From contig NC_068984.1 of NCBI RefSeq assembly GCF_001194135.2, forward strand, positions 70,999,650 to 71,063,649: a stretch of 64,000 nt of DNA. The letters run 5' to 3'. How positions within the stretch are numbered: the first letter of the stretch is position 1; every line of letters starts with the position of its first letter. This document shows positions 37,291-50,600 of this stretch, one piece after another. This DNA comes from Octopus bimaculoides (lineage: Eukaryota). The notes below the pieces were generated by a model, which had not been told where the DNA came from, searched no databases, and saw only the letters and a list, made by a program, of their open reading frames with translations. A program made the translations under genes and the position numbers.

Positions 37291-38007
37291 AGGTTTAGTT
37301 GGTAAAATATTTAGAAAACTAAATGTGTTTAAAATGAAACTTCAATATAGATGGGGATATATATTTTAAGTTGAGGCATGGAAAGACAGAGATTTATATC
37401 TAGTGCTTTAAACCCATTTAAAGAAAGGGAGATCTCAAGCATAAAACTTCATCCAAGATCTCGATGTTGACGATGTGCAAATGACGTTATATATATATAT
37501 ATATATATATATATNNNNNNNNNNNNNNNNNNNNNNNNNNNNNNNNNNNNNNNNNNNNNNNNNNNNNNNNNNNNNNNNNNNNNNNNNNNNNNNNNNNNNN
37601 NNNNNNNNNNNNNNNNNNNNNNNNNNNNNNNNNNNNNNNNNNNNNNNNNNNNNNNNNNNNNNNNNNNNNNNNNNNNNNNNNNNNNNNNNNNNNNNNNNNN
37701 NNNNNNNNNNNNNNNNNNNNNNNNNNNNNNNNNNNNNNNNNNNNNNNNNNNNNNNNNNNNNNNNNNNNNNNNNNNNNNNNNNNNNNNNNNNNNNNNNNNN
37801 NNNNNNNNNNNNNNNNNNNNNNNNNNNNNNNNNNNNNNNNNNNNNNNNNNNNNNNNNNNNNNNNNNNNNNNNNNNNNNNNNNNNNNNNNNNNNNNNNNNN
37901 NNNNNNNNNNNNNNNNNNNNNNNNNNNNNNNNNNNNNNNNNNNNNNNNNNNNNNNNNNNNNNNNNNNNNNNNNNNNNNNNNNNNNNNNNNNNNNNNNNNN
38001 NNNNNNN

Positions 38008-38043
<36 letters not shown>

Positions 38044-38539
38044 TCACATGCCCCCCACACAAAAACACACACACAAACACACACACAGACAGACACACAC
38101 AAACATACACACACAGATATACACGCCCCCCACCTAATCTTTGCATATTGAATGATTAGGCAGTTCAGTTGATTGAAGACCTGAATAGTCATCCTTAAAA
38201 GTGACAGATATCCATTTACTAAGAAAGAAACGAAAGTTTAGTTGAATTGGTTGGATAGAACCACAGAAGACAAATCGACAGAGTGATAGACATATAGATA
38301 AACACAGATATTGCATCAATCCATCAAATAGTTTAATAGCACAGCTAGGTGTTCTTGGGTGTCTTTAATGGAATGAACTCTGATTCAGCAGGAGGTGTGA
38401 GAGGCATGAACTCATCTCTTTCTTTTCTAAATTGTTCAGTTGAAAAATATCCTTTTGAATTTCTTTTTCATGTCAGCACTAAATTAATGAATGTTATTGA
38501 ATTTTAACGTCGGCAGAATACCACATATTCTAAAAGAGG

Positions 38540-38690
38540 GCATTGTTGATTAAACCGATTTATATTATCGACCTTGAAAGGATGAAAGACAACGTTGATT
38601 GCAGCAGGATTTGAACCCAGAATGTTAAAGGTCGTAAATAAATACCAACAATCAGTTTAGCCGATATTTTAATGATTCGGCTAATCCACA
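38540..38690 (-). mobile_element. Degraded SINE family C
   Basis: ATCGACCTTGAAAGGATGAAAGACAACGTTGA...GGATTTGAACCCAGAA. Confidence 0.65.
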
Positions 38691-39230
38691 ACCCTCCCTT
38701 ACTTAAAATATTACAAGATCCACCCCTTCCCTGAAGTCATTAACTGCTCCTTTAATGCTCTGGGGGCGTATGTATTCCTCTTTCATTGTCTCTCCTTCTA
38801 TTCTCTATAATATTCACTATAATTTCTCATCTATCTGTCCTCCAGCAACTTATGTAAGCATGCCGGTATGCAAATATTTATTTCTGCATCAATAAGTTGA
38901 TACGTCTATCTATCTGTCTATCCTACTATCGGTCTTACTTTCTATCTGTAAGTCTTCCTATCTGTCTGTCTGTTTGACTATCTGTCTCCCTTCGTCTCTG
39001 TCTATATTTCTGCTCAAACAGTTTTGCATAGATGCAGTCCAATGTTTTAGAGATAATATGTGAACCAGAGGTAATTGAATCATTATACGTTAATGATTAT
39101 TGCCATAATTATTACAAGTCACTAGGACGTTATTGATTATCGTCTCTTTGACCTTGAGTACAATTAGACATTTTCATCTTTTACTTTGAGGATTGAGAGT
39201 TAGGGATCCCTTTAATCCACAATTATTAAC

Positions 39231-39349
39231 CTGATATTGATTGTATCGAATCCTCGCTTTCCCCATCCTCATTGCTTTAATCACATCATAAACTCCATCA
39301 AAACTGATTCTTTTGAATCGACGAGGAGTTCTCTGTGTAAGAACGCGAT
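39231..39349 (-). CDS. Candidate 119-nt coding exon of an unidentified gene
   Basis: Acceptor ttttctctgctatttttagCAG and donor CAG|gttaat. Open frame DRVLTQRTPRRFKRISFDGVYDVIKAMRMGKARIRYNQYQ has ordinary protein composition and no TE motif that I recognise. Confidence 0.35.
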
Positions 39350-39546
39350 CTGCTAAAAATAGCAGAGAAAATTCTCTGCTAAACAATGCGCTACTCATTT
39401 AAAAGAGATCCCAATGGATAATGTAGTCCAGGTTACACAATTCCTTGAATAAAATGAAAATAAAAGAACTGTGTGGTTATGACTTGAATGTCTTTGATCG
39501 TAAATTCCTCGCGATCACGGCCAACTTGAAGCTAAACAATAACGGC

Positions 39547-39640
39547 TACTACAATATCATATTGATACTACAATATTGATACTACAATATTGATACTACA
39601 ATATTGATACTACAATATTGATACTACAATATCATATTGA
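39547..39640. repeat. 14-bp minisatellite TACTACAATATTGA
   Basis: Four perfect units (39566-39621) flanked on both sides by an identical 19-bp variant unit. Confidence 0.95.
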
Positions 39641-40082
39641 TATTTTTGTCAGATTCGGAGTTCGCATCATTATAATGAAATGGGTTTAGTTTAGTGAAAC
39701 ACCTCGGCAAAACACTATTTTGACAGGTGCATTCTTGCAAAGGAACGTCTACATGTATCAATCATTCTGCTAGAAATAATCAGCAAATTCTACCTCATAT
39801 CAAACTCTACAATATTGGATAGGCTGTGACACATTAGACAAGGTAATTCCATATATAATATCTGAAAAGAAGATGCATAGTAATGATTATAATGCCATTC
39901 ATTATAAATATGGTCGGCGAGGGGGGAATCATGGTGTTGAATGACAACAAAATTTAGGGTATGACGTACCAATTCTTCAGGAAATATAGACAAGGTCAAT
40001 GTTGGAAATATTTGATTTTGGAAAGTAAATAAATAAAACGCTCTAAATTTCTTGTGAGCCTATATTATAAACATATTATACT

Positions 40083-40459
40083 ATATTATAATATAAAATA
40101 TATCATAAACAAAGATAGATACATATTATGATATAAAATATATTATAAACAAAGATAGATACATATTATGATATAAAATATATCATAAACAAAGATAGAT
40201 AGATATTATGATATAAAATATATTATAAACAAAGATAGATAGATATTATGATATAAAATATATTATAAACAAAAATAGATACATATTATGATATAAAATA
40301 TATTATAAACAAAGATAGATACATATTATGATATAAAATATATCATAAACAAAGATAGATACATATTATAATATAAAATATATTATAAACAAATATAAGT
40401 ACATATTATGATATAAAATATATTATAAACAAAGATAGATAGATATTATGATATAAAAT
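40083..40459. repeat. 40-bp AT-rich minisatellite running into a gap
   Basis: Unit ATATTATGATATAAAATATATTATAAACAAAGATAGATAC, at least 9 copies, continuing into the N-gap at 40460. Confidence 0.95.
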
Positions 40460-40720
40460 NNNNNNNNNNNNNNNNNNNNNNNNNNNNNNNNNNNNNNNNN
40501 NNNNNNNNNNNNNNNNNNNNNNNNNNNNNNNNNNNNNNNNNNNNNNNNNNNNNNNNNNNNNNNNNNNNNNNNNNNNNNNNNNNNNNNNNNNNNNNNNNNN
40601 NNNNNNNNNNNNNNNNNNNNNNNNNNNNNNNNNNNNNNNNNNNNNNNNNNNNNNNNNNNNNNNNNNNNNNNNNNNNNNNNNNNNNNNNNNNNNNNNNNNN
40701 NNNNNNNNNNNNNNNNNNNN

Positions 40721-40950
40721 TGTGACAAGGCTGGCCCTTTGAATTACAGGCACAACAGAAACAGGAAGTAAGAGTGAGAGAAAGTTGTGGTGAAAGAGTA
40801 CAGCAGGGTTCGCCACCACCCTCTGCCGGAGCCTCGTGGAGCTTTAGGTGTTTTCACTCAATAAACACTCACAACGCCCGGTCTGGGAATCGAAATCGTG
40901 ATCCTATGACCGCAAGTCCACTGCCCTAACCACTGGGCCATTGCGCCTCT
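40721..40950 (-). mobile_element. SINE family B
   Basis: Highly similar to 15091-15265. Extra 3' body TGTGACAAGGCTGGCCCTTTGAATTACAGG is related to the family D body near 4970-5000. Confidence 0.88.
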
Positions 40951-41099
40951 ACCCTCTCACCTTATACAGACCCTTAATACTTGCAGCTGAGAAGACGTCA
41001 TTAAAATCGCTAGAGAGCCGGCTGACTGTGATAAAATGAATAACGGATTAAGGAACAGTTTAACGAGTAAAACGAACGAAAGAAACAAGAGAATAATAT

Positions 41100-42200
41100 A
41101 ATGTATTATGCTGTAAAAAAAAGAAAGCAGTATCAAAGTTTTAGATATCTTTTTTAGATATCTTGTCCTTCGTCAACACACATAGGGTAATAAAGGAAAT
41201 AAAATTGTTGGAGAAAATATACATCATTGAAGCAGCAAAGCAAAAGCGTGTGGTACTGATGTGAGCAAGAGGATGTGGTTTCTGTGTGTTGAGAGATAAA
41301 ATAATATCGGTCATGCAATGGAATTTGTATGTGAGAGTGTCATAAAAGCATGTGAGAGATTGCGAGATTTTAAAAGTGTGAATGGATGGTTGGCAAAGGA
41401 ATTGTGTGTGATCGTACGCTGTTGTAAGAGTGATTATGTGAATGTGAATATCGAAGTATTTATCAGTGTATGGAGTGGAATAATAGAAAGCAAGACGGTT
41501 ACTGACGCTGGCATACATAGAGGAATTATCAACAGATGATTGCTGGCTTAGAGCGGGGCTGGGAAATTGAGGAGTTAGTGAGACTGAGTAGATTTGTAAA
41601 AGATGGAAAAGTAGACTATAGCTAGTAATGGGAAATGGAAATGTCAAGAAAGTTTATTGACGCTTTAAAGAGAGTAGATATAAATTCTAAAGCAAAATAG
41701 AAGAAGTTGATGAAAGACGAGAAGTAAAGGGCTCGTGAGTAAGAGATTAGATGTAGATATAATATATAACCCCAATGGTAAAAAGTTGTCGGGCGTGTTT
41801 AAGGGGAAGGTGAAGTTGAAGAGTTATTGGGCATGGGTTGGTTCTATGAGTATGAAATAGGTTGGTTGTTACAAAGAAAAAAACTTATTTCGAGAAAAAT
41901 ATTTCGAGAAAAATATTTCGAGATACGATAAGAACGTCAGGCAGAAAAATAATCGAATAGAAGAGGGAAGACGAGATTGGTAAATATCAAAATCTAATGT
42001 AAGAAGCTGAGAACAAGTGAAGTTTATGGTAACATATATGAGGTTATGTTTAATGCGGTCAGCTAAGGGCTAAATGGAGACAGATTACCTTGTGGCGCTG
42101 AAAATGAGGCAGAACTTATGAGGAATGAGATTTTGGTGGTGGCAGTAACTGAGAAATATATGACTAAGAACAGAATGTCTCAGTAATGATAATGCGAGAT
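41100..42200 (-). mobile_element. Heavily decayed Penelope-like element
   Basis: SINFLDISIS (41631-41660, minus) matches the PLE RT ..FLDI.I motif. Downstream Cys-containing remnants sit in the expected GIY-YIG position. Confidence 0.45.
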
Positions 42201-43039
42201 GTAAAGTTATGTGGTTGCAACAAGGAACATACAAGGGTATATAAACAGTTTAAATTTCTGACATTTGCTGAAAAATCCTGTATTGAGATCGGGCTTGAAA
42301 CCATATAGTTCTGTAGTACATTCCCTAACCGCATAACGATTGATACACTAATACACGTGTACATATTTATATATAAAATTATTCTTCAAGCTACGAGGAT
42401 TATATCTTTAGACATTTTGTTAAATTTAATTCAATCAATATATTATATTGAAAGTTAATCCTTCATTTTATGAAATTATTGATAAGTCATTTAAACGAGG
42501 AATTAGCGATGCAAAATTTAGATTTTGCATAACATTTTGTCCAGCGATTAACTGATTCGATCTGCTAAAATTAACAATCATATATCTCTCAAGTTATTTC
42601 GTGAAAAAAAAATGCTGGTGTACTAGAAATAATAGGCCTGGTTGCATTATGAAAAGAACCCCACCCCCACCAAAGTTAAAACAATATAAGATGGTCGTAG
42701 ATTTGAAATGTTTACGATCATAGATTTGTTCAATCAGGCCGGATGAGTTACATAACCTAAACAACAATTATGTTTCATTAAAGGGTAAATATATATTTGA
42801 TACACCTACTGCAATTCTCTTAAGTTTCTTCATAAATTACCTTTAACAATTTCCAATTTTCGTTCACACGAAAGACAGAAAGAGCGGCGAGGGAACGTGA
42901 AAAAGAGAGGAGTGAGGATTGGGATGAAGAGAAATGAGACAGAGGTTCGGCATTTAAATTGCTAATCTGAAATGCATTTTGTACCGCTGTCATTATCATC
43001 ACTATTTTTTATCGCCGTTATATGGTTGTTGCTGTAGCT

Positions 43040-43305
43040 GCTGCTGTTGTTGTTGTTGTTATTGTTCTTCTTCTTCTTCTTCGTCTTCTTCTTCTTCTTC
43101 TTCTTCTTCTTCTTCTTCTTCTTCTTCTTCTTCTTCTTCTTCTTCTTCTTCTTCTTCTTCTTCGTTGTCATCGTCGTCATCATCACCAGCATCACCAGCA
43201 TCATAGAGTCATATCATTGACGAGAACTTCCATTGAACGTTGCAGTTGGTAGTTTCACACCATATCACTTTGACGTGTTGTGATCCGGATTGAGAGTGAA
43301 TGTGT

Positions 43306-43367
<62 letters not shown>

Positions 43368-43460
43368 GGGAGAGAGAGAGAGAGAAAGAGAAATAGAGAG
43401 GGAAAAGGAAAGGGAGAATAGAGAAATAGAGAGAAAAATAGACAGAGAGAGAAAGAGAAA
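43040..43460. repeat. Compound microsatellites (TGT)n(CTT)n(TCA)n and (AG)n
   Basis: Read directly from the sequence; two tracts separated by about 110 bp. Confidence 0.93.
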
Positions 43461-44094
43461 TATTTCTAAACTTATCACGAAGGGTGGGTGTTAGTAGAAT
43501 CGATTGCATTAACACCAATTCGTTACTGGTACTAATATTATTAACTACGTTGAAATGAACTTTATATACATTATGGCAGAGTTTCGGAATTTCATATGAG
43601 AAGGTAAAAGAGGCAACAATGCAAAAACAAGCCCGTGTCAAAGATACGTTACCATAACGTGTGGTGGATTCTCTGTCAATCAGGAAGATGAATTCAGTAG
43701 TTCGAGTGATTAAATCCTGTTCGTGACCTTAACATTTATGTGGGTGAGTATTACCCAGACATGCGTACCTATGACGTGTTTCCAATGTCGAATGAGTGTC
43801 ATACCATGCGACAGGGCTGAGACTATACATGTATAGCCTATGTCTGTCAGTCTGTATGTCTGTCTGACTGTCCGTTTTTCTACCTGTCTGCCGGCCTATC
43901 TATGTAATTAATATATCTATTAATGTATCTATGTATATGTATGCATATATAATGTATGTATCGTGCCTGTAATTGGGAGATTCACAGAGATAAATTGATA
44001 TATAGATAGAAAGATAGATAGATGAAGTGAAGAAGAGAAAGAAAGAGGCAGACAGAAACAGACAAAAATTGACAGAATAATTAATAGATAGTTA

Positions 44095-44096
44095 GT

Positions 44097-44132
<36 letters not shown>

Positions 44133-44142
44133 ATGAATGAGA

Positions 44143-44203
<61 letters not shown>
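44095..44203. repeat. (GATA)n and (GA)n microsatellites
   Basis: Read directly from the sequence. Confidence 0.93.
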
Positions 44204-44206
<3 letters not shown>

Positions 44207-45150
44207 GACAGAAACAGAGACAGGGATAAAGAAATTACTGACAAGAGAGAGGAATCGTTTCCTTGTACGGGTATTAAATTTTATCAGCCATTTAGAAAAT
44301 GAACTGTAAAGTTAACCGTAGCGGAATTTGAATTCAAAATATAAAGAAGCGGAACTAAATAACCGCATTTAATTAGTCCACTAATCTACGATTTGTATCT
44401 CTACACTGTCCTGAGAGTGTAAAGTATTGATCTAGATATTCCTGAAAGATTTCTTATGATGTCAACGTGCTATGCTAATGGATTTGATTATATTTAGGAT
44501 TTGTACTTTTCCTCCTACTTTTAGTAAATGCGTAATAACTGGCAAATCAATAAATTTCTAATGTAACGGGAAGCTGTCAGTTGATAAACTATTATATGGC
44601 GTTTAATTAAAAATGTTATAGTTGTGTTAGAACAGAAATGGAGATACACAGATAGAGACAGAGAAAGAGGGGAATATCCAGTCAGTATGGCGAAATTTTT
44701 CTTTAGGTTAATTCATCCATACTGCAGCTCTATTATTAGGTTGCATTTAATCCAAGATTCTCCAGACCTTCATTGACTTTTGGCACATTAATCTATCATC
44801 GCAGAAACAGAATATGCCAAGATCAGAATACGTTTAAGTTAGATGATATCACCATTGTATATTTGCAGACTTTGATATTACATGCGCGTACGTGCATGTA
44901 TTTTAATTCGGTTATCAACCTATGTCAAATGGTCAATTTATCTTTACTTTCAAATTACAAAGACGAATACTTTGAAATCACTTAGATAATTTATAAGTAC
45001 ATTTATTTTAATACAGTTATTATTACTACTGAATGAAGACTGTTTTAATATGGACAGTAATTTGACGATCAAAGCATTCTGAAGCGAAAGAAAACTGATA
45101 AATCATGTGAATTCTCATATGGAGACAAGGCCACAAATATATGGAGAAGA

Positions 45151-45229
<79 letters not shown>

Positions 45230-48199
45230 GGAGAGAGAGGGAGAGAGAAAGAGAGAGATAGATAGATAGATATATATATANNNNNNNNNNNNNNNNNNNN
45301 NNNNNNNNNNNNNNNNNNNNNNNNNNNNNNNNNNNNNNNNNNNNNNNNNNNNNNNNNNNNNNNNNNNNNNNNNNNNNNNNNNNNNNNNNNNNNNNNNNNN
45401 NNNNNNNNNNNNNNNNNNNNNNNNNNNNNNNNNNNNNNNNNNNNNNNNNNNNNNNNNNNNNNNNNNNNNNNNNNNNNNNNNNNNNNNNNNNNNNNNNNNN
45501 NNNNNNNNNNNNNNNNNNNNNNNNNNNNNNNNNNNNNNNNNNNNNNNNNNNNNNNNNNNNNNNNNNNNNNNNNNNNNNNNNNNNNNNNNNNNNNNNNNNN
45601 NNNNNNNNNNNNNNNNNNNNNNNNNNNNNNNNNNNNNNNNTGGTAGAATTTCAGCTTAGAATGTCAAGTGGTATGGCAAAATGAAACTCAGAGTTTTCTA
45701 TAGAAATTTGATATATTCTACATCTAATCACGCGATGAAAACATATTAAAAAATATGAAATAAAGAAACTGAAGTTAGAAACATTGGTTAATAATTCGAT
45801 TGTTTCATTACTTAACTGTTGGTGTTCACAATGGGCTTGAGGTATTGCACCATTGAACTTTACTAAAAGCATGTCAGTCTGGGGAAATCCTTACTAATAT
45901 ATCTCTAAAGGAAATATTGAAATCGACACTGCAAAGTCAAATAAAATTTTAGGGAAATTTAAATCAATACTACTCCTGATGCATGCATCTGCAGTTGGGT
46001 GTCTTAAAACTTGTGCTACTTAATTTTCTGTTAGTAGGCTGGACTAATAAGATATTTGGTGCTTCTAGCATAAGCTACTGGCAAAGTGCTAACCATGCAG
46101 CTAGCTGACAAGCTCAATATTGACTCATTCAGCTGAAAATATCTTCGCTAAAAGTATAAGGCTTTGGTGAATCAGATTATGGAATATATTTCTTTAATAA
46201 ATCATTTCATTTGATCTTGCAGTCAATAGCATGCTTTATGCAATCTTATTTGATTACTGTCTGAGAACCTATCAGCGTGATCTTGAAATCAAAATGAAAT
46301 ATTCTTGCATTTCATATGCAATTTCGTCAGGAATTAAAATTGTCCCACAGACGGACCAATATGAATGTATTTATGTAGTTATGATAACTGCCAAAAATAA
46401 CAACGAAATGTCTTGACATCACAATGTATCGTTTTAAAATAGATAAGCGTATTGGATAATGGAAAAGTAGATACAATATTAATACCATATTGCTACGATA
46501 TTAAAACAACATTTTAATGGATACGCATTTCACATAACTAGAATGCGTTTGATTACCGTTGTTACTGAACAAGGTTGGCTTGGAGCTGCAAGTCAGAAAT
46601 AACATCTTGATTTCTTTTCGTCACTAGTAATTTGAACTACATTGTTTACCCATTTAATAATAGCTGAACTACATACAATCACGTCAAGACAGGAAAAAGC
46701 GTGTAATTCATAAATGAGGGCTGTATATCTATGCTTTCTGTTTCAATAGTAGAATCAGGCATAATCCTGCATAGCTTAGTAAATAAATTGACACATGTAT
46801 TCATAAGTATATACATACAAGCATGCATACTTACAGATAGACAAAGGCACACTCGAAGAGCGATAGATAGATGCATTCATGTATACACACACAAGCAGAC
46901 AAATATTTTCGTACAGGACTAGTGTCGTCACATTCCTAGAGAATTAAACAGGAACAGAGAGAGCGAAAAGGTAGTGACAGACATAGACAGACAGAGACTA
47001 AAGGGAGTGTGAAAGATGTGTGTGTGTGTGTATGTGTGTGTGTGTGTGAATGTGTCTGTGTGTGTGTAAATAATTTACAGAATGCTGAACCGTATGATTA
47101 TGAAAGTGTTCAAGATTCAATGACAGTAATAGCCACACAATAAAACTAAACAACAAATGTTAGTACGCTTCTACCTCATGTATAAATTTCACTTTCAGAA
47201 TTTCGAATATATGCCACGAAGCAAAGTAATAAAATTATGATATTCACAATACAAGAGTGTAAAACTTTAAAAAATACTTCATAATCGCACATGGAATTTA
47301 TGTTAGATATTATAAAGAGACTGCAATGTTACCCAAGATGCTTGAAATAACTCTTCGATAAATAAAGATAGACACGAGCTTTATTTTCTTTATTTTACTT
47401 TCGAATTTGTGTAAATGCGTATAGAATAATATATCAGCTGAATAATGTTACAACATGGTCTGGCTTCCACGTTTTTTTTATTATTGTATAGAATTTTTTT
47501 TTTACAATGTTGAAGTGTGTTAAACATTAAAAAAAATATTTAGTTAAGTTCATAAAGTTCAAATAGCGCTTTCATACGTTCATAGTAATCATCTCACTCC
47601 CATCGATTGTAATAAAAACGATCGAAACCAACTAAGTCTGCTCACTAATAAAACCATTACATATAAATCGCAAGCTAATTGGTTAAAATAAAGGCGAGGT
47701 TTATGCCAGCAATATCGGTGCGCCAGACAAGCCGTGACCATTAAGCTGCATGCTGATTTGTCAAAACCGTATTCGAAAAATTCGGCTTCAAAAAGGTATA
47801 AAAATGTAGAAGACAGTCATTTTACTACGGTTGTCAAGAACTCAACTGTCAGTCAATACATTTTGAAATCTGATGATTACTACAAACATATGAAAGCGTT
47901 ATTTGAACTTTTTGAACATTATTAAATAATTTTTTAATGCTTAAAACACTTCAACTTTGCAAAAAGAATTTTTAAAACACAATAATAAAAAACGGGAAAA
48001 ACAAACCATGTTGTAACTTTATTCAACTGGTATACACACACACACATTGATAGGTAGATAGATAGATAGATATATCATTCACATTTAATCCTTAATATGG
48101 TAAAAAAAAATCAAACAAGGCACGTCATTATTCCAGGTAGATACAAGAAAAGATATTTAACGTGTACACATCATCTCCAAATTTACCAACTATTCCAAC

Positions 48200-49509
48200 A
48201 GATTACACTTGTCTGTTACGATCGTTGAACACCTTTAAAGATGATCCTTAAAATCACACAATAGAGCCTCATACCAAAGCGATGCTGGTAACACGATGCA
48301 CAATATGACATGGCATCATAAATAAACTTGTATATTCTGAGCGACGAACATGACTAATCTAATTGTAATAACACTTTCTACACATTTTATCTGCTCTCCA
48401 CACCGACGCTGTCTTAAGGCATTGGAACCCAATTCTGATCTATGTATGTTGTGCCTTGCTATAAAAAGAAAGCTAGAGAATCCAATGCAGTGATTTGTTC
48501 GAGGCAGCAAGGGTCTAAGGGGCTGAATTCTGATGTATGCATGCTGTGGTGGGCTGTCTGTGGATTGCTGTCGATAAATAAATACTATGAAGCCTAGTGT
48601 TTTGATTTTTCCGGGGTCCTATAATACTGCTAAGATATCTCTGTTCCATAACAAGCTACCTTCACACTCCTCTTAGGTTACCTATCATCATCATGTATCA
48701 ATTAATACCAGAAAAATAAATGATATCAAAATTTTCAATAAAATACTGAAACAGGCCACAGTCACCAACAAGCAAAATTAAGATTTGTAGAACACAACAA
48801 TATCACAGCTTGATCTGCAGTAGCACAGTGCACATACTTATAATCATACTCATTCCAAAAACGATCTACAAATCTATAAAACTACGGGAAAAAGTAGTGA
48901 ATTAACTAAGCTGAGAAAAAAAGACACAAAAGATAACCTCAAATATATATGCTGGTATCGCACATAGCAGAGACAAAACATCAAGAATCTAAAAGAGGAA
49001 AAAAATCAAAGAATAAAGTAGAAAAAATGGTTAACGTTTCTGTTCATAAAACAAAAAAAATAGTTTTAAAAAAGGACTATACAGAGAAATAAGAAGCATT
49101 AACGACTTTACGAATAGCCACTTCACATCATCCGGTACAATATCGACTTCAATTCACCTAATCAAAAATGCGACAGAATGCAGACACCCTAATCAAAGTA
49201 GTTTATCAAAATCCGTGACCACGAAAACAGAAAAACGACGGGAATGTATTACGCAAAACGTCACTCTTCAACTTGAACCGTTAACTTAAAAAAAAAAACA
49301 GTAGAAACAAATCTCCAAACTAAAAATGCGTTAGGGTCGCAAAATACTACAAACATGCAGCTGAAAAGGAAGTAAAGACATTTTTGCAGTCATCAATATT
49401 TTGTAATTTTTCTTCTCAATGCTCAAACTTTCCACATTCGGTAAAAAAAAAAAAATCAAAAACCATAAGCAGAATACTCACAACTACAATATGTTTGATC
49501 ACAGATTCT

Positions 49510-49559
<50 letters not shown>

Positions 49560-50600
49560 CCCCCTCTCTCTATCTCTCTCTCTCTCAGTGATGTTCTAGA
49601 CTAACACTCACACCAAATACCTCTGAAAGTAGTTACTACAATTCTGAAAACTCGACTGCATAATCAGAATTCTAAAACTGAACAATCTCGAGTAAAGTAT
49701 CAAAATATATATATGACACGCCTGTGCTGGCGCACAGAGCGTTAATAAACAAGCTGTCCTTGATATCGCTGAAGCCAATATACATACTTTCGATTCGAGG
49801 CATAGATTCAGACCGCTATTCGTCGCTCAAAAATAAGTTCTTTAACAGCTAGTAGTATCAGAAAAAGTTTCAATTTCAGCACCTAGTCACAAAACTATAC
49901 ACTAATTAATCAACATCTTTCCTGAGAATAATATTAAGCCCGCTAAGCTAACTATACCCTGAATTATCAATTCTAAATAATATAAAGCAATTATACATGA
50001 TCTAAAAGTTTTTAATAGATTACCACTATGATCAGTCCTCTTATCTATTCTTTTTAGCCTCTAGCTACACAATCTCTCCAAACCTCGAAAAATGCACACA
50101 ACCTTAATCATAGATGATATTGGAGTTACATTTTCCCCATCATTTTTCAGACACACACAGTTGTACGACACATCCAGCACTGCATCGTCTATCGATAAAC
50201 CCGGCCATATAGCAACAACCATATATTAACACTTGCTAAATATATATTCTTTCTTACTAACAACATCAGGAACCTTCAAATACAGCCAAAAATCACGCCC
50301 AATAACATAAATATACAGCATACATACACTAAGATGCTTGGAGTTACTCGCAGTATTCCGCCAGTATTCAAGACACGTAGAAGATTTGGTAAAGAAAGCA
50401 AAGCAATTCCCAAGCGTAATTATATCAATGACAGGTATTATATTTAACCAAAACAAAAAGCAACAACAATATTAGTGTACCGACAATATATGCAATCCAT
50501 TAAAGATTATCCAATCATATTATATTATAATTATAGAGCATATAAACTAAAATATCAGATCCAAATCTCAATGAAACAAAAATGCAAAATATCAAAATTC
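48200..50600 (+). mobile_element. Old I/Jockey-group LINE ORF2 remnant
   Basis: TLIIDDIGV (50101-50127; YADD-equivalent), KMLGVT (50331-50348) and HVEDLVKKAK...IISMTG (from 50374), in the order expected for an RT C-terminal half. The 5' boundary is uncertain. Confidence 0.5.

Noticed and set aside
38342-38428. Possible terminal exon KERDEFMPLTPPAESEFIPLKTPKNT-stop (minus strand)
   Set aside because: The acceptor is weak and its phase is incompatible with the 39231-39349 candidate.
39174-39260. YNQYQVNNCGLKGS resembling the secretory PLA2 Ca-binding loop YNxYGCYCGxGG
   Set aside because: The key Gly/Cys residues and spacing do not match and the ORF stops before any HD motif; likely coincidence.
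40083-40459. CRISPR-like periodicity (40-bp array; also the 39-bp array at 28465)
   Set aside because: The repeats are contiguous with no unique spacers, there are no cas genes, and the context is eukaryotic.
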